Below are positions 1-11,628 of a stretch of 64,000 nt of DNA, piece by piece. The first letter of the stretch is position 1. Every line of letters begins with the position of its first letter. This DNA comes from Rhodoglobus sp. (GTDB lineage Bacteria; Actinomycetota; Actinomycetes; Actinomycetales; Microbacteriaceae): positions 15,977-79,976 of the forward strand of contig JBGSTT010000022.1 of the NCBI GenBank assembly GCA_041736385.1, given 5' to 3'. The translations under genes and the position numbers were made by a program. Below the pieces are notes generated by a model that saw only the letters and a list, made by a program, of their open reading frames with translations, was not told the DNA's origin and did no database searches.

Positions 1-209
1 GTGAGCAGATTGGCGAAGTTGAGAGGCGTAAGGAAGAGATTGTTCAGAAATGAGAACAGGATCGAGAGCACCACGAATCCGGCGAGGGCCGGCAGCGCGC
101 CCATGTCACCATTGCGCAGATTCCGAAAGTAGTCCAAGAATTGATCGCGTGCCGAGCCGTCGAATCCGCTCCCGATTGTGGGAGGTGGGGTTAGCGAAGT
201 CGCGGTCAT
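1..209 (-). CDS. Sugar ABC transporter permease (XylH-like), N-terminal part, truncated by window edge
   Basis: Hand translation MTATSLTPPPTIGSGFDGSARDQFLDYFRNLRNGDMGALPALAGFVVLSILFSFLNNLFLTPLNFANLL; ATG overlaps the stop of the upstream ATPase (ATGA). Confidence 0.85.
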   Translation of the reverse strand, partial: MTATSLTPPPTIGSGFDGSARDQFLDYFRNLRNGDMGALPALAGFVVLSILFSFLNNLFLTPLNFANLL

Positions 210-958
210 GCTGAGATTCCTTCGTAAGTCTTGGCGCCGGTGATGTAGCCGATCACGTCGTTGTTGTTGGTGTCTTTCGTGTCGAGCGACGCAACCATGT
301 TGCCGAGATAGAGCACGCTGATGTGGTCAGCAACCGCGAACACATCGACAAGGTTGTGGCTGATGATGATCACTGCAACGCCGGAGTCGGCGAGTCGCCG
401 CACAAGGTTGAGCACCTGCTCGGTCTGGGCGACGCCCAGTGCCGCTGTCGGCTCATCCAGAATGACAACTTTTGCGTTCTTGAGCACAGACCTTGCAATG
501 GCGACGGTTTGCCGCTGCCCGCCAGACAGGGAAGACACCTTCTGCCGGACTGACTTCACGGTTCGTACCGAGAGTGACTGCAGGGTTTGCGATGCCTGAC
601 GCTCCATCGCACCCTCCTCCAGAGTTCCACCAGAGGCCTCTTCTCGGCCGAGGAACATGTTCTGAACGATGTCGAGGTTCTCGCACAGCGCGAGGTCTTG
701 ATACACAACCTCAATGCCAAGCGCGGAAGCGTGGCGCGGCGTGTGCAGATCGACCAACTCGCCGGAAAACTTAATCTCGCCTGCGTCGAACGGCTGGACT
801 CCAGCGAGACCCTTGACGAGCGTCGACTTACCCGCGCCGTTGTCACCGACCAGCGCCGTGACTTTTCCAGCATGCGCTGTCAGGTTCACACCCTTGAGCA
901 CGTCTACCGGGCCAAAACTCTTGACGACTCCCGACAATTCGATTAGAGGCTGATCCAT
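206..958 (-). CDS. Sugar ABC transporter ATP-binding protein (single domain)
   Basis: Walker [17 protein letters not shown] signature, ILDEPT Walker B, VYQDLAL motif of CUT2 ATPases. Confidence 0.95.
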   Translation of the reverse strand: MDQPLIELSGVVKSFGPVDVLKGVNLTAHAGKVTALVGDNGAGKSTLVKGLAGVQPFDAGEIKFSGELVDLHTPRHASALGIEVVYQDLALCENLDIVQNMFLGREEASGGTLEEGAMERQASQTLQSLSVRTVKSVRQKVSSLSGGQRQTVAIARSVLKNAKVVILDEPTAALGVAQTEQVLNLVRRLADSGVAVIIISHNLVDVFAVADHISVLYLGNMVASLDTKDTNNNDVIGYITGAKTYEGISA

Positions 959-1041
959 GCCTAAATCCTTCCATCACCTCGTGCAGCGCTGCCCGAGATG
1001 CCCAGTGTGCCACGTTGCAGCACCGACGATTGTAACGAAGA

Positions 1042-1090
1042 ACGAGGGGCCATGCGCCGGCGCCTCAGCGCCGACCCATGGGCCCCTCGT
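1042..1090 (-). terminator. Stem-loop downstream of the binding-protein gene
   Basis: ACGAGGGGCCAT...ATGGGCCCCTCGT imperfect inverted repeat between SBP and ATPase genes. Confidence 0.6.
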
Positions 1091-1101
1091 CTTACCTGGT
1101 G

Positions 1102-2145
1102 TTACTGGACTCCGTACTGCTCACAAGCCGCCTTGAGGGCCTCGGTGCAGATGTCTGCCGCCGTGAGTTGACCATCGTCGACCACTTGCTGAACACCGTC
1201 CGGTCCAAGAAGGATCGGAGTAGCCGCGATGAACGGTGTGCCGTCAGCAAGGCTCTTCTCGATGACGGGGGTCTCACCATTCAACAGCGCAATGGCGAGT
1301 TTCGATGCCTCGGCAGCAACGACCTTGAACGGCTTGTAGACCGTGGCGGTCTGCTTGCCGAGAAGCACGTTCTGCAGACCAGCGATTGAAGCGTCCTGAC
1401 CCGAGACCGGAACCGTGAGGCCGTTCTTGTCGAGGACTGAGATCACTGCAGCAGCGTTCGAGTCGTTGGCGACCCAGACGGCGTCAATGTTGCCAGCGAG
1501 AGCCGTGAAGGCCTGCTCGAAGCCAGTTCCCGCTGTTGGCGGGTCCCAGGTTCCAGGAACGTCGAACGCGGGCTTGATACCGGCCGGCTCCATGACAGCG
1601 ATAGCGCCATCCTTGAAGAAGGCAGCGTTGCCGTCGGCCGGGTCGCCACCGACGTAGACGACGGATGCCGTCGCCGGGTCCTTGCCTGCGGCAGCGAGGC
1701 CGTCGAGGATCGACTGGCCCATGAGCCCGCCGACCTTCTCGTTGTCAAAGGACACGTAGTAGTCGGCGCCAGCGATCGGACGGTCGTACGCGATAACCGG
1801 AATACCCTGAGCCTTGGCCTTCTCGGCAACGAGCACGCCCGCTCCGTTGTAGTCAACAAGGAGCATTACGCCGCAGCCTGCGCTGAGCTGCTGGTCGGCG
1901 ATCGTTGCGTAGGCCTGCTCATCACCCTGAGCATTCTGGATGTCGGCTTCGAAGCCGGCCTCGGCGAACGCAGCCGCGAGAGCCGGACGGTCACCGTTTT
2001 CCCAGCGGTCAGACGATGCCGAGTCTGGAAGGATGATGCACGCGCGAGCTGCGACGTCTTCGGTTGCCGCGGGGGCGCAGCCTGCAAGAAGCAATGCTCC
2101 TACGCTCGCCAGCGCGGCGATTGAGATCAATGAAGATTTCTTCAC
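1102..2145 (-). CDS. Sugar ABC transporter substrate-binding lipoprotein (XylF-like)
   Basis: GTG start after GAAAGGGAG; lipobox LLAGC; SSDRWE, IAYDR, SGQDA, TVYKP motifs. Start trimmed from ORF-track 2406. Confidence 0.9.
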   Translation of the reverse strand: MKKSSLISIAALASVGALLLAGCAPAATEDVAARACIILPDSASSDRWENGDRPALAAAFAEAGFEADIQNAQGDEQAYATIADQQLSAGCGVMLLVDYNGAGVLVAEKAKAQGIPVIAYDRPIAGADYYVSFDNEKVGGLMGQSILDGLAAAGKDPATASVVYVGGDPADGNAAFFKDGAIAVMEPAGIKPAFDVPGTWDPPTAGTGFEQAFTALAGNIDAVWVANDSNAAAVISVLDKNGLTVPVSGQDASIAGLQNVLLGKQTATVYKPFKVVAAEASKLAIALLNGETPVIEKSLADGTPFIAATPILLGPDGVQQVVDDGQLTAADICTEALKAACEQYGVQ

Positions 2146-2258
2146 GTCACTCCCTTTCTGTGGTGTGAGGCGGAACTCCTCAAGTACCACTGTCCGCATT
2201 GAGCAGTGGCATGAATGAGTTTGTACGAGTTGGATGACCGAAGGTAGTGAAAAGACGA

Positions 2259-2272
2259 TGTGAACGGTAACA
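2259..2272. promoter_or_regulatory. LacI-family operator (arabinose regulon)
   Basis: TGTGAACGGTAACA; 1 mismatch to the reverse complement of the site upstream of araB. Confidence 0.75.
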
Positions 2273-2318
2273 ACTTGGTAACTCCTCCGCGAACGAGCTG
2301 ATCCCCGTCGCCGCGGTG

Positions 2319-3536
2319 TTACCGGCTCGCACCAGCGCGACGCTTGTTGGACACGTCGAAGGCGACGGCGAAGAGCAAGACCAGGCCCTTGACGGCCTGC
2401 TGCCACTCAATGCCGATACCGAGAATCGACATTCCGTTGTTGAGAACGCCGATGATCAGACCGCCGATGATTGCTCCACCGATGGTGCCAACGCCACCCT
2501 GAACGGCCGCGCCGCCGATGAAGGCCGCTGAGATTGCTTCGAGTTCGAAGCCGTCACCCGCTTTCGGCCCAGCGAGGTTGAGGCGGGCGGTAAACACGAG
2601 GCCAGCGAGTGCCGCGAGAAAGCCCATGTTGACGAAGATCAGGAAGTCGACCTGTCGAGTCTTGACGCCTGACAGCTCGGCAGCGTGACGGTTGCCGCCG
2701 ATTGCGTAGACGTGACGACCGAAGACGCTGCGGTTGGTGACGATCCCGTAAATCATCACCAGCACCGCGAGGATGATGAGCGTGATCGGGATGCCCTTGA
2801 ACGTCGCGAGAGCGTAAGCGAACGCGAGCACGCCAGCCGATACCAGCACGATCTTGGCAACAAACCAGCCGAGCGGCTCAACATCTTGGCCGTAGCTGCG
2901 TCGCCCGGCGCGCGTACGCACCTGCTGAACGATGAGGCCGACGATCGCGAGCACGGCGATCCCCATCGTGAGCGGATCGACCGGGAACTCCCCAAACACA
3001 TTGGTGAGGAAGCCATTGCCGAGCGCTCGGTACTCCTCAGGGAAGGACCCAATATTGGAGTTGCCGAGCACAACAAGAGCGAGTCCTCGGAAGATGAGCA
3101 TGCCAGCGAGCGTGACGATGAAGGCCGGTATCCCGACGTACGCTATCCAAAATCCTTGCCAGGCCCCGACGAGGGCACCGATAAGCAACGAGAGGATAAT
3201 CGCGATCCACCAAGGAAGTTCCATCTTCACCGCGAACACTCCGGATACCGCTCCGATGAAAGCGGCAACCGAACCGACCGATAGGTCAATGTGGCCGGCA
3301 ACGATCACAATGACCATGCCGATCGCCAGAATGAGGATGTACCCGTTCTGCACGATCAGGTTCGAGATGTTCTGCGGTCGCAGCAGGATGCCATTGGTCA
3401 GGATCGAGAACAGCACGACGACGGCGATGAGGGCAAGGAAAATGCCGTTCTTGCCTAGGTCGGAGATGATCGCGCTGACCCAGGATGGCGCGCTTGCTTT
3501 GGCGGCCGCAACGGGCTTCGTGGACGTGTTTGTCAT
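2319..3536 (-). CDS. mmsB: Multiple monosaccharide ABC transporter permease
   Basis: HIDLSVGS, FGRHVYAIGGN, FELEAISAAFIGG motifs; in operon with mmsA and chvE. Confidence 0.9.
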   Translation of the reverse strand: MTNTSTKPVAAAKASAPSWVSAIISDLGKNGIFLALIAVVVLFSILTNGILLRPQNISNLIVQNGYILILAIGMVIVIVAGHIDLSVGSVAAFIGAVSGVFAVKMELPWWIAIILSLLIGALVGAWQGFWIAYVGIPAFIVTLAGMLIFRGLALVVLGNSNIGSFPEEYRALGNGFLTNVFGEFPVDPLTMGIAVLAIVGLIVQQVRTRAGRRSYGQDVEPLGWFVAKIVLVSAGVLAFAYALATFKGIPITLIILAVLVMIYGIVTNRSVFGRHVYAIGGNRHAAELSGVKTRQVDFLIFVNMGFLAALAGLVFTARLNLAGPKAGDGFELEAISAAFIGGAAVQGGVGTIGGAIIGGLIIGVLNNGMSILGIGIEWQQAVKGLVLLFAVAFDVSNKRRAGASR

Positions 3537-3574
3537 GAGTGAGCTGCTCCTTGTGCGTGATTCGCCGGGGCCCG

Positions 3575-5104
3575 CTAGCGGGGCGTTTCCATGGTCATGA
3601 GTTTGATGAGGGCCTCCGGGGTGGCATCCTCGATGGGTAGTTCACCCGTGATGCGGCCCTCCGAGAGTGCGTAAATCCGGTCGCAGATGCCGAGGAGCTC
3701 CGGGAGCTCCGAGGAGATGACGATGATGCCCTTCCCCTCTGAGGCCAACCGGTTGATGATGGTGTAGATCTCGTATTTGGCACCAACATCGATACCGCGG
3801 GTCGGTTCATCGAGGATGAGGACATCAGGGTCGGAGTAGATCCACTTCGACAACACGACCTTCTGCTGGTTACCACCGGAGAGCTTGCCCGTCTTCGCGA
3901 GCACAGAAGGCGCCTTGATGTTCAAGCTCACTCGGTACTCGTCCGCGATCTTGTACTCCTCGTTGTCATTGACGAGTCCGAGCCGCGAGAGTTTGCCCAG
4001 GGAGGCCATCGAGACGTTGCGCTTGATGTCCTCGATGAGGTTGAGCCCGTAGACCTTACGGTCTTCAGTCGCATACGCAATGCCGTTGTCGATTGCCTCG
4101 CCCACGGTGCGGGTCTGAATCTCCGCGCCGTCCTTGAATACCTTGCCGCTGATGCGGCTGCCGTATGAGCGACCAAAGAGGCTCATCGCGAACTCGGTGC
4201 GACCCGCTCCCATGAGGCCGGCGATCCCGACAATCTCGCCGCGCCTGACGTGGAGGTTGACGGAATCCACCATGACGCGCGTTGGGTCATGAGGGTGGTG
4301 TGCCGTCCAGTTTTCGACGCGAAGGATCTCGTCGCCGATGTGCGGAGTGTGGTCAGGGTAGCGGTGCTCTAGATCGCGGCCGACCATGTTCTTGATGATG
4401 CGTTCTTCTGTGACATCAGACTTGGCAATCGTCTCGATCGTCTTTCCGTCTCGGATGACGGTAACCGTGTCGGCGATCTTCTTGATCTCGTTGAGCTTGT
4501 GGCTGATGATGATCGACGTGATTCCCTGTTCCTTGAGGTGCAGAATCAGGTCGAGCAAGTGATCGGAGTCGTCATCGTTGAGGGCGGCCGTCGGTTCGTC
4601 GAGAATGAGCAACTTGACGCGCTTCGATAGCGCCTTCGCGATCTCGACGAGTTGCTGCTTGCCAACCCCAATGTCGCGAATCTTGGTGTTCGGGTTTTCT
4701 ATGAGCCCGACGCGGGCCAACAGCTTCGATGCCTCGAGGTTCGTCTTGTTCCAGTCGATGAGACCGAAAGCGCCGGTGATCTCATTGTTGAGGAAGATGT
4801 TCTCGGCGATGGAGAGAAACGGACTCAAAGCGAGCTCTTGGTGAATGATAACGATGCCCTTTGACTCGCTGTGGCGGATGTCGCTGAACTCGACGACCTC
4901 GTTTTCGAAGACGATGTCACCCTCGTACGTCCCGTGCGGGTAGACCCCGGAGAGCACCTTCATGAGCGTGGACTTGCCTGCGCCGTTCTCGCCGCAGATG
5001 GCGTGGATTTCGCCGCGGGAAACCTCGAGCGTGACATCCTGCAGTGCCTTGACCCCGGGAAAGGTCTTGGTGATGGACCGCATCTCGAGGATGTTCGTTG
5101 TCAC
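3575..5104 (-). CDS. mmsA: Multiple monosaccharide ABC transporter ATP-binding protein
   Basis: Two ABC domains; [32 protein letters not shown]. Confidence 0.93.
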   Translation of the reverse strand: MTTNILEMRSITKTFPGVKALQDVTLEVSRGEIHAICGENGAGKSTLMKVLSGVYPHGTYEGDIVFENEVVEFSDIRHSESKGIVIIHQELALSPFLSIAENIFLNNEITGAFGLIDWNKTNLEASKLLARVGLIENPNTKIRDIGVGKQQLVEIAKALSKRVKLLILDEPTAALNDDDSDHLLDLILHLKEQGITSIIISHKLNEIKKIADTVTVIRDGKTIETIAKSDVTEERIIKNMVGRDLEHRYPDHTPHIGDEILRVENWTAHHPHDPTRVMVDSVNLHVRRGEIVGIAGLMGAGRTEFAMSLFGRSYGSRISGKVFKDGAEIQTRTVGEAIDNGIAYATEDRKVYGLNLIEDIKRNVSMASLGKLSRLGLVNDNEEYKIADEYRVSLNIKAPSVLAKTGKLSGGNQQKVVLSKWIYSDPDVLILDEPTRGIDVGAKYEIYTIINRLASEGKGIIVISSELPELLGICDRIYALSEGRITGELPIEDATPEALIKLMTMETPR

Positions 5105-5155
5105 GTCTTGCCCGACTTCCTTGTTGTGGCTGGTTTTTAGAGTAGTGGAGGGGGT

Positions 5156-5193
5156 GCTGGTGGTGGAGAAGATTTCTCTTCCCCACCACCAGC
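5156..5193 (-). terminator. Intercistronic stem-loop after chvE
   Basis: GCTGGTGGTGGAGAAGA...TCTTCCCCACCACCAGC inverted repeat. Confidence 0.6.
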
Positions 5194-5222
5194 GAGATGG
5201 AGCTACTTCAGGTCAGTCCTCG

Positions 5223-6341
5223 TTAGAGGCCGAGCTCCGCAGCGGTCCAGTAACCGGTGTCAACGAGAGCTGACTCCACGTTGTCCTTGACAACGGGCAC
5301 CGGGCCCAGCAGGAACGACGGAACAACGAGCTTGCCGTTGTCGTAGGTCGTCGTGTCGTTGATTTCCGGCTCGGTGCCATTGAGAACGGCCTCGGCCATT
5401 CCAGCAGCAACCTTGGCGAGCTCGCGCGTGTCCTTGAAGATGGTCGCGAACTGCTCACCCGAGAGGATTGCCTTGACCGAGTCAACCTCGGCGTCTTGGC
5501 CGGAGATGATCGGCCAACCCTCGCCCACTACGTAGCCGGCGTCGGTCAGCGCGGAGATGATTCCCCGTGACAGGCCGTCGTACGGGGAGAGGACCGCGTT
5601 GACCTTGGTGCCGTCAGAGTAGTTCGCAGTGAGGAGGTCCTCCATGCGGCTCTGAGCAACTTCGCCGTCCCAACGGAGGGTGGCAGCCTGCTCGATGTCG
5701 ACCTGGCCGGACTTGACAACGAGCGTTCCGTCATCGATCAGCGGCTGGAGCACGTCCATGGCGCCGTTGAAGAAGAAGAATGCGTTGTTGTCGTCAAGCG
5801 AACCAGCGAACAGCTCGATGTTGAACGGTCCAGCAGGAGCGTCCGCGAGCGGCGCACCCTCAAGGTCCGTCAGGCCGAGGCCATTCAGCAGCGTCCATGC
5901 CTGCTGCTGTCCCACGAGGAAGTTGTCGAACGTTGCGTAGTAGTTCACGTTCTCCGAGTCGCGGATAAGGCGGTCGTAAGCGATGACCGGAATGCCACCG
6001 TCAGCGGCTTCCTGCAGAACGCTCGTGAGCGTGGTGCCGTCGATCGCGGCGATGATCAGGACCTTTGCGCCCTTGGTGATCATGTTCTCGACCTGGCTGA
6101 CCTGCGTGGGGATGTCATCCTCTGCGTACTGAAGGTCGACGGTAAAGCCGGCGGCCTCGAGGGTCTCCTGCAGGGCGTTACCATCGGCGATCCAACGCTC
6201 CGATGACTTTGTCGGCATAGCAACGCCGATGAGGCCGCCGCCTTCTGTGCCGGTGCCGCTGTCCGTTGTCGGGGCGCAGGCCGCGAGGCCTGCCACCAGG
6301 GCGCCGGCAGCAACGAGAGAAAGAATGCTTCTCTTCTTCAC
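5223..6341 (-). CDS. chvE: Multiple monosaccharide-binding lipoprotein
   Basis: [38 protein letters not shown] are ChvE hallmarks; GTG start after GAAAGGA; lipobox LAAC. Confidence 0.92.
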   Translation of the reverse strand: MKKRSILSLVAAGALVAGLAACAPTTDSGTGTEGGGLIGVAMPTKSSERWIADGNALQETLEAAGFTVDLQYAEDDIPTQVSQVENMITKGAKVLIIAAIDGTTLTSVLQEAADGGIPVIAYDRLIRDSENVNYYATFDNFLVGQQQAWTLLNGLGLTDLEGAPLADAPAGPFNIELFAGSLDDNNAFFFFNGAMDVLQPLIDDGTLVVKSGQVDIEQAATLRWDGEVAQSRMEDLLTANYSDGTKVNAVLSPYDGLSRGIISALTDAGYVVGEGWPIISGQDAEVDSVKAILSGEQFATIFKDTRELAKVAAGMAEAVLNGTEPEINDTTTYDNGKLVVPSFLLGPVPVVKDNVESALVDTGYWTAAELGL

Positions 6342-6446
6342 TGTGTTTCCTTTCGATTGTTGGACTGTGTTGTCTTGGTGATGCAGATGCCGACCCTCGT
6401 CCATGGTGGTTCGACTCTCGCGCGGGGAAGTTCCCCGGCAAGTCTT

Positions 6447-7970
6447 TTAGATTCCCTGCGCCAGCCGGTAGTAGGCCGCATTCCAGCGGACCTCCTTCTG
6501 GAACTCAGCGAGGGTTGTGTTCTCGTCGATGACGAGAAGTTCTGTTTTGGCCATCTCGGCGAAGTCTCTGAAGACATCCACCCCGACCGCCGTCGTCATT
6601 ACCGTGTGGTGTGCGGCTCCGGCCGTGAGCCAGGCAGCCGCAGAGGTCGCAAAATCGGGGCTCGGCTTCCAGACCGCGCGGCCGACCGGCAGTTTCGGCA
6701 TCGGTGCATCCAGCGGAACGTTCTCGACCACGTTCGCGACCAGGCGGAAACGATCACGCATGTCGCTCATGGCTACGACGACCGCGGGGCCGGAGTCTGC
6801 GGTAAAGACGAGACGTACCGGGTCGTCTTTACCACCGATACCGAGTGGGTGGATCTCGAGGCTTGCGCGCTGAGAACTGAGCGCTGGGCTCACTTCGAGC
6901 ATGTGAGCTCCGAGAATCTTCTCTTCACCCGGGGTGAGGTGATAGGTGTAGTCCTCCATGAGGCTCGCACCACCCGGCAGGCCAGCACCCATGACGGATG
7001 CCACGCGCACAAGAATCGCCGTCTTCCAGTCTCCCTCGGCGCCGAAGCCGTAGCCGTCGGCCATGAGTCGCTGCACGGCAAGGCCGGGCAATTGACGCAG
7101 TGTTCCGAGATCTTCGAAGCTCGTCGTGAAGGCAGAAAACCCGCCACCCTCGAGGAAGGAACGCAACCCGAGCTCGATGGCTGCGCCGTAGCGCAACGAT
7201 TCGTGCCTATCGCCGCCGAGCCTCAACTCGCCAACGACGTCATAGTCGGCTTCGTACTCAGCCACGAGCGCGTCGATGTCTGCCTCGGATGCCGCGTGCA
7301 CCGCATCCGCAAGTTCGTTGACACCCCAGGTATTGACTTGCACGCCAAACCGGAGTTCGGCTTCTGTCTTATCGCCCTCGGTGACGGCGACGTAGCGCAT
7401 GTTGTCGCCAAAGCGCGCGAGCTTCATGTTGTGCGCGGCGTCCCAACCGGCCGCTGCGCGCGCCCAAGTGGCGATGCTCGACAGTACCGCTGGGTTCGAC
7501 ACGTGCCCGACAACCGTCTTGCGCGCGACGCCCAAGCGAGTCTGGATGTAACCGAACTCGCGGTCACCGTGCGCGGCCTGGTTGAGATTCATGAAGTCGA
7601 AATCGATGTCAGCCCACGGCAGCGCAACGTTGGCCTGAGTGTGTAAGTGCAGGAGGGGCTTGCGCAGCGCGTCGAGTCCGGCAATCCACATCTTCGCCGG
7701 GCTGAAGGTGTGCATCCACGCGATAACTCCGATTACAGCCGTGTTTGCGTTCACCTCAAGTGCCATGCGTTTGATCGAGTCGGAGGCTTTGAGCACCGGC
7801 TTCCAGACGATCGTCACGGGAATATCGCTGGCGCTGCCGATCGATCGCGCAATCTGTTCGCTCTGCTCTGCGACCTGGCGCAGGGTCTCCTCGCCGTACA
7901 GGTCTTGGCTTCCGGTCAGAAACCAGACCTCGCGGGTCTTGAGCTCGGGAATGATGCTGCGCGCGGTCAT
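6447..7970 (-). CDS. araA: L-arabinose isomerase
   Basis: [46 protein letters not shown] motifs. Confidence 0.97.
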   Translation of the reverse strand: MTARSIIPELKTREVWFLTGSQDLYGEETLRQVAEQSEQIARSIGSASDIPVTIVWKPVLKASDSIKRMALEVNANTAVIGVIAWMHTFSPAKMWIAGLDALRKPLLHLHTQANVALPWADIDFDFMNLNQAAHGDREFGYIQTRLGVARKTVVGHVSNPAVLSSIATWARAAAGWDAAHNMKLARFGDNMRYVAVTEGDKTEAELRFGVQVNTWGVNELADAVHAASEADIDALVAEYEADYDVVGELRLGGDRHESLRYGAAIELGLRSFLEGGGFSAFTTSFEDLGTLRQLPGLAVQRLMADGYGFGAEGDWKTAILVRVASVMGAGLPGGASLMEDYTYHLTPGEEKILGAHMLEVSPALSSQRASLEIHPLGIGGKDDPVRLVFTADSGPAVVVAMSDMRDRFRLVANVVENVPLDAPMPKLPVGRAVWKPSPDFATSAAAWLTAGAAHHTVMTTAVGVDVFRDFAEMAKTELLVIDENTTLAEFQKEVRWNAAYYRLAQGI

Positions 7971-8713
7971 GTGATGGCCCCTTGCGGTGTGCGCCCGACG
8001 GTGCTCAGCTTGCCGCGATCTGCTGGCTGACCGTACACGTTCTGATATCGGTCGAAGAGTGAATCGATCGCACTTTGCGGAATAGGCAGCAGTGCGCCAC
8101 CCTGCCGTGCATAGTGCACCGTGCGAGCGGCATCCTCGACCATGACGGCGGCCCTGACCGCATCGCGTGCATCTTTGCCGATCGTGAACGGGCCGTGGTT
8201 CTGCATCAGCACGGCCCGCGAGCGGTGACCGGTCAGAGTCTCGACGATGCCGCGTCCGATCGAGTCGTCGCCGATAATCGCGAATGGTCCGATCGGGATG
8301 TCACCGCCGAACTCGTCGGCGATAGCCGTTGTCACGCACGGAATCGCCTCACCGCGCACCGCCCACGCGGTCGCGTAACTCGAGTGGGTGTGCACGACGC
8401 CGCCGACCTCGGGCATGTTGCGGTAGACGTAAGCATGGGCGGCGGTATCGCTCGACGGAGCGCGTTCCCAACCGGGCGTGTTCTGGATGACTGCGCCATC
8501 CAGATCACAGAGAATCATGTTCTCGGGGCTCAAGTCATCGTACGAGACGCCGCTTGGCTTGATCACAAAGAGCTCAGCGCCGGGCACCCGGCCGGAGATG
8601 TTGCCGCCAGTCCAGACCACGAGGTCGTAGCGAGTGAGTTCGGAGTGCAGCTCGGCAATCTCATCGCGCAAACGGGCAATGGCGACCTGGATCGCCGGGC
8701 TGTAGGTGATCAT
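7967..8713 (-). CDS. araD: L-ribulose-5-phosphate 4-epimerase
   Basis: WTGGNIS, IKPSGV, PSSDT, VHTHS class II aldolase motifs; between araB and araA. Confidence 0.95.
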   Translation of the reverse strand: MITYSPAIQVAIARLRDEIAELHSELTRYDLVVWTGGNISGRVPGAELFVIKPSGVSYDDLSPENMILCDLDGAVIQNTPGWERAPSSDTAAHAYVYRNMPEVGGVVHTHSSYATAWAVRGEAIPCVTTAIADEFGGDIPIGPFAIIGDDSIGRGIVETLTGHRSRAVLMQNHGPFTIGKDARDAVRAAVMVEDAARTVHYARQGGALLPIPQSAIDSLFDRYQNVYGQPADRGKLSTVGRTPQGAIT

Positions 8714-10392
8714 GCGGTCACCGCAACACTGGCGAGTACGCGGCGCATTGCTTTGAGCCGGTGCATGACGTCATTTCCGCCGCGACCAAAGTAGTCGTGC
8801 AATAGCGCGTACTCCGCGAACAGCGCGTCGTATCTGTCAGCGGATGCCGCGTTCGGCTCGTACACCGCACGAGCAACCTTTCCCATCGCCTCGCCAGCGG
8901 CGAGCACGTTCTCGTAGGCTCCGGCAGCGACCGCGGCGTGGATAGCGGACCCCAGCGCTGGACCCTGGGCGCTGCCGATAATCGAGATCGGCATGCGAAG
9001 CACATCGCTGTATACCTGCATCAGGAACGGGTTGCGAAGCAGGCCACCTGCCACGATGAACTCCGTCACCGGCACGCCGGCCTTCGTGAAGGCCTCGACG
9101 ATCTCGCGGGTGCCGAAGGCTGTTGCCTCAAGGAGCGCACGGTAGATATCTTCCGGCTTGGTGGTGAGGGTCTGGCCGATCAGCAAGCCGCTGAGGTCAG
9201 CGTCGACGAGCACCGAGCGGTTGCCACCGTTCCAGTCGAGGGCCACGAGACCGTGTGCGCCGACCGGCTGAGCTGCGGCGAGATCCGTTAGGTACTCGTG
9301 AATGCTTTGGCCGGCGGCATCCGCAAATTCGTAGTAGCTCGCAGGTACCTGGTTCTTGACGTACCAGGCAAAGATGTCGCCAACTCCGGATTGGCCCGCT
9401 TCGTAGCCGTACAGTCCGGCGACGATTCCGCCATCGACGACACCGCACATGCCGGGCACTTCTGTGAGTACGTCTGAATTCATGACGTGGCAGGTTGATG
9501 TCCCCATGATCGCGACCATCTGGCCGGGGCGCGTAGCTTTGGCAGCGGGGGCGGTCACGTGGGCGTCGACATTGCCGACCGCTACGGCGATACCCGCTGG
9601 CAGGCCGGTCCAAGCAGCGGCCTGCGCTGACAGGGTTCCAGCGGCATCCCCCAACTGGCCGATCTCGTGGTCGACTTTTGTCTCGGCAAAGCCTGCGAAG
9701 TGAGGGTTAAGGGAGGCGAGGAACTCGCGACTCGGGTAGTGCCCGTCTTGCAAGATTCCTTTGTAACCTGCGGTGCAGGCGTTCCGAACGTAACGACCGG
9801 TGAGCTGCCAGATGATCCAGTCGGCGGCTTCGACCCAGTGATCCATGCGCTCGTAGAGTTCAGGGTCCTCTTCCAGCAATTGGAGGCCTTTCGCAAACTC
9901 CCACTCGCTCGAGATGAGGCCGCCGTAGCGTGGCAGCCAGGCTTCGCTACGGGATGCCGCAAGCTCGTTGATTCGATCGGCTTGCGGTTGTGCTGCGTGG
10001 TGCTTCCAGAGCTTGACGTAGGCGTGGGGGCGGTCGGCGTACTCGGCAAGCTCGTTGAGAGGCGTGCCGTCGGCGAGCGTTGGCACCATCGTGCACGCGG
10101 TGAAGTCCGTGCCGATGCCGATGACATCGGCCGGGTCGATACCCGCGGATGCGACAGCTTGCGATACGGCGGTCTTGAGCACGTCAACGTAGTCGCTCGG
10201 AACCTGGAGCGCCCACTCTGGCGGCAATGCCGCACCGGTGCTCGCCAAGGTCGTGTCCATGACGGCGTGCCGGTATTCGTGAACAGCGGATGCGAGTTCC
10301 GCGCCGTCAGAGACTCGCACGACGACGGCGCGGCCAGACAGCGTGCCGTAGTCGACGCCGACGACGTACTTCTCGGCAATGCTGGAACTCAC
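8710..10392 (-). CDS. araB: Ribulokinase
   Basis: GVDYGTLSGRA, GTDFTACT, KLWKHH, MGTSTCH FGGY-kinase motifs. Confidence 0.95.
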   Translation of the reverse strand: MSSSIAEKYVVGVDYGTLSGRAVVVRVSDGAELASAVHEYRHAVMDTTLASTGAALPPEWALQVPSDYVDVLKTAVSQAVASAGIDPADVIGIGTDFTACTMVPTLADGTPLNELAEYADRPHAYVKLWKHHAAQPQADRINELAASRSEAWLPRYGGLISSEWEFAKGLQLLEEDPELYERMDHWVEAADWIIWQLTGRYVRNACTAGYKGILQDGHYPSREFLASLNPHFAGFAETKVDHEIGQLGDAAGTLSAQAAAWTGLPAGIAVAVGNVDAHVTAPAAKATRPGQMVAIMGTSTCHVMNSDVLTEVPGMCGVVDGGIVAGLYGYEAGQSGVGDIFAWYVKNQVPASYYEFADAAGQSIHEYLTDLAAAQPVGAHGLVALDWNGGNRSVLVDADLSGLLIGQTLTTKPEDIYRALLEATAFGTREIVEAFTKAGVPVTEFIVAGGLLRNPFLMQVYSDVLRMPISIIGSAQGPALGSAIHAAVAAGAYENVLAAGEAMGKVARAVYEPNAASADRYDALFAEYALLHDYFGRGGNDVMHRLKAMRRVLASVAVTA

Positions 10393-10468
10393 TTCGACTC
10401 CGTTGTCTTGGCTTAAGGGATGGTGTTCTGGCGGTAGACCGGGATCTGGTTCGGGAGATTGCCCCAGA

Positions 10469-10482
10469 TGTGACCGTTCACA
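10469..10482. promoter_or_regulatory. LacI-family operator upstream of araB
   Basis: TGTGACCGTTCACA imperfect palindrome with central CG, just downstream of a TTGACG -35 element on the minus strand (10503-10508). Confidence 0.8.
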
Positions 10483-10590
10483 ATTAGTGTGCCAATGCTA
10501 TACGTCAACCGTTAGAAAAAGTCGAGCGCCAAGGTCACCATCCGGTAACTGTGCTCGATGGCCGGTAACTCTGGGGGAAGGTGAGTCTAG

Positions 10591-11598
10591 TTAGGCCCGG
10601 CCGGTCGATTCTCGCACAACGAGTTCTGGCAAGATCTGATCATGCGAAACGCTCGGGTCCCCGCGTAGCTCCCCGAGCAGCATCGAGATCGCCCGGCGAC
10701 CGATCTCAGCGAAATTCTGTCGCACGGTCGTCAGTGGCGGTGCGAAATGCGCCGCCTCTGGGATGTCGTCGAACCCGACAATCGAGATGTCCCCCGGGAT
10801 CGAAAGCCCAAGCTCTCGGCAGGCGTGCGCGAAGCCCAACGCCATCTGATCGTTACTGGCGAATACGGCGGTGAAGTCGCGTAACCGCAACAGCTCAAGC
10901 CCGGCGTAGTAGCCGAAGTGTGCGGTCCAGTCGCCGAGGATCGGCGCTCTCGTTCTCAGGTCAGCTGACCCGATCGCCTCGAGGAAGCCCTGCATCCTCG
11001 CCTCGGCTTCGATCCAGTCTTGCGGGCCGGAAATGTGCATGATCTCGGTGTGGCCGAGATCGATGAGATGGCGGGTTGCCAGGCGCGCGCCAGCAATCTG
11101 GTCGACAGAAAGGCCATGCGAACCGGCCAAGTCAGCGGATTGGAGCGTTACGAACGGCACCGAGATGGCTAGCTCGTTAATTGCCTCGAACACTCGCACC
11201 TGTGGTGCGATCACGACGAGAGCTTCAACGGACTGGCTCAGCAGGTAATCGAGCCCTGACCGGATCGACGTGTAGTCGTTCGACGTGATGTTGGTGATAC
11301 TCAGCCGGTAGCCCGCCTCGCGTGCAGACTGCTCGATGGCCGCGATGCTCGTCGTTGGTCCGTAGTACGCCGCTTGGGTCGAGAGGATGCCGATCGTTCT
11401 CGACTTGCTCGTGACCAGAGCGCGTGCTGCTTGGTTGGGTCGATAGCCGATGTCGTGAATGACGTCGAGTACCCGTTGCTTCGTTGAGCCCTTCAGGCTC
11501 GGGCTGTCATTGAGCACCCGGGACACGGTTTGGTGAGAGACCCCGGCGAGCCGGGCAACGTCGCGGATGTTCGGCGCGCGAACCTTCTCTGCGTCCAT
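10591..11598 (-). CDS. LacI-family transcriptional regulator (AraR-like)
   Basis: IRDVARLAGVSHQTVSRVLN HTH, YRPNQAARAL hinge, GFDD...PPLTTV; adjacent to araBDA. Confidence 0.93.
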   Translation of the reverse strand: MDAEKVRAPNIRDVARLAGVSHQTVSRVLNDSPSLKGSTKQRVLDVIHDIGYRPNQAARALVTSKSRTIGILSTQAAYYGPTTSIAAIEQSAREAGYRLSITNITSNDYTSIRSGLDYLLSQSVEALVVIAPQVRVFEAINELAISVPFVTLQSADLAGSHGLSVDQIAGARLATRHLIDLGHTEIMHISGPQDWIEAEARMQGFLEAIGSADLRTRAPILGDWTAHFGYYAGLELLRLRDFTAVFASNDQMALGFAHACRELGLSIPGDISIVGFDDIPEAAHFAPPLTTVRQNFAEIGRRAISMLLGELRGDPSVSHDQILPELVVRESTGRA

Positions 11599-11628
11599 GA
11601 CGATGTCAACACCTGGCTTCGTTGGATA

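Noticed and set aside
2146-2406. Long N-terminal extensions in the ORF track (also 17880..18110, 25097..25534, 50283..50627, 63759..63995)
   Set aside because: They overlap neighbouring genes or promoters; downstream starts have RBS or -10 support or match family N-termini
6357-7646. 429-aa plus-strand ORF, and similar long ORFs at 14267..15505, 45754..47340 and 56516..57484
   Set aside because: Antisense shadows of araA, the MscS gene, copA and cls; expected in high-GC DNA, with no motifs or RBS
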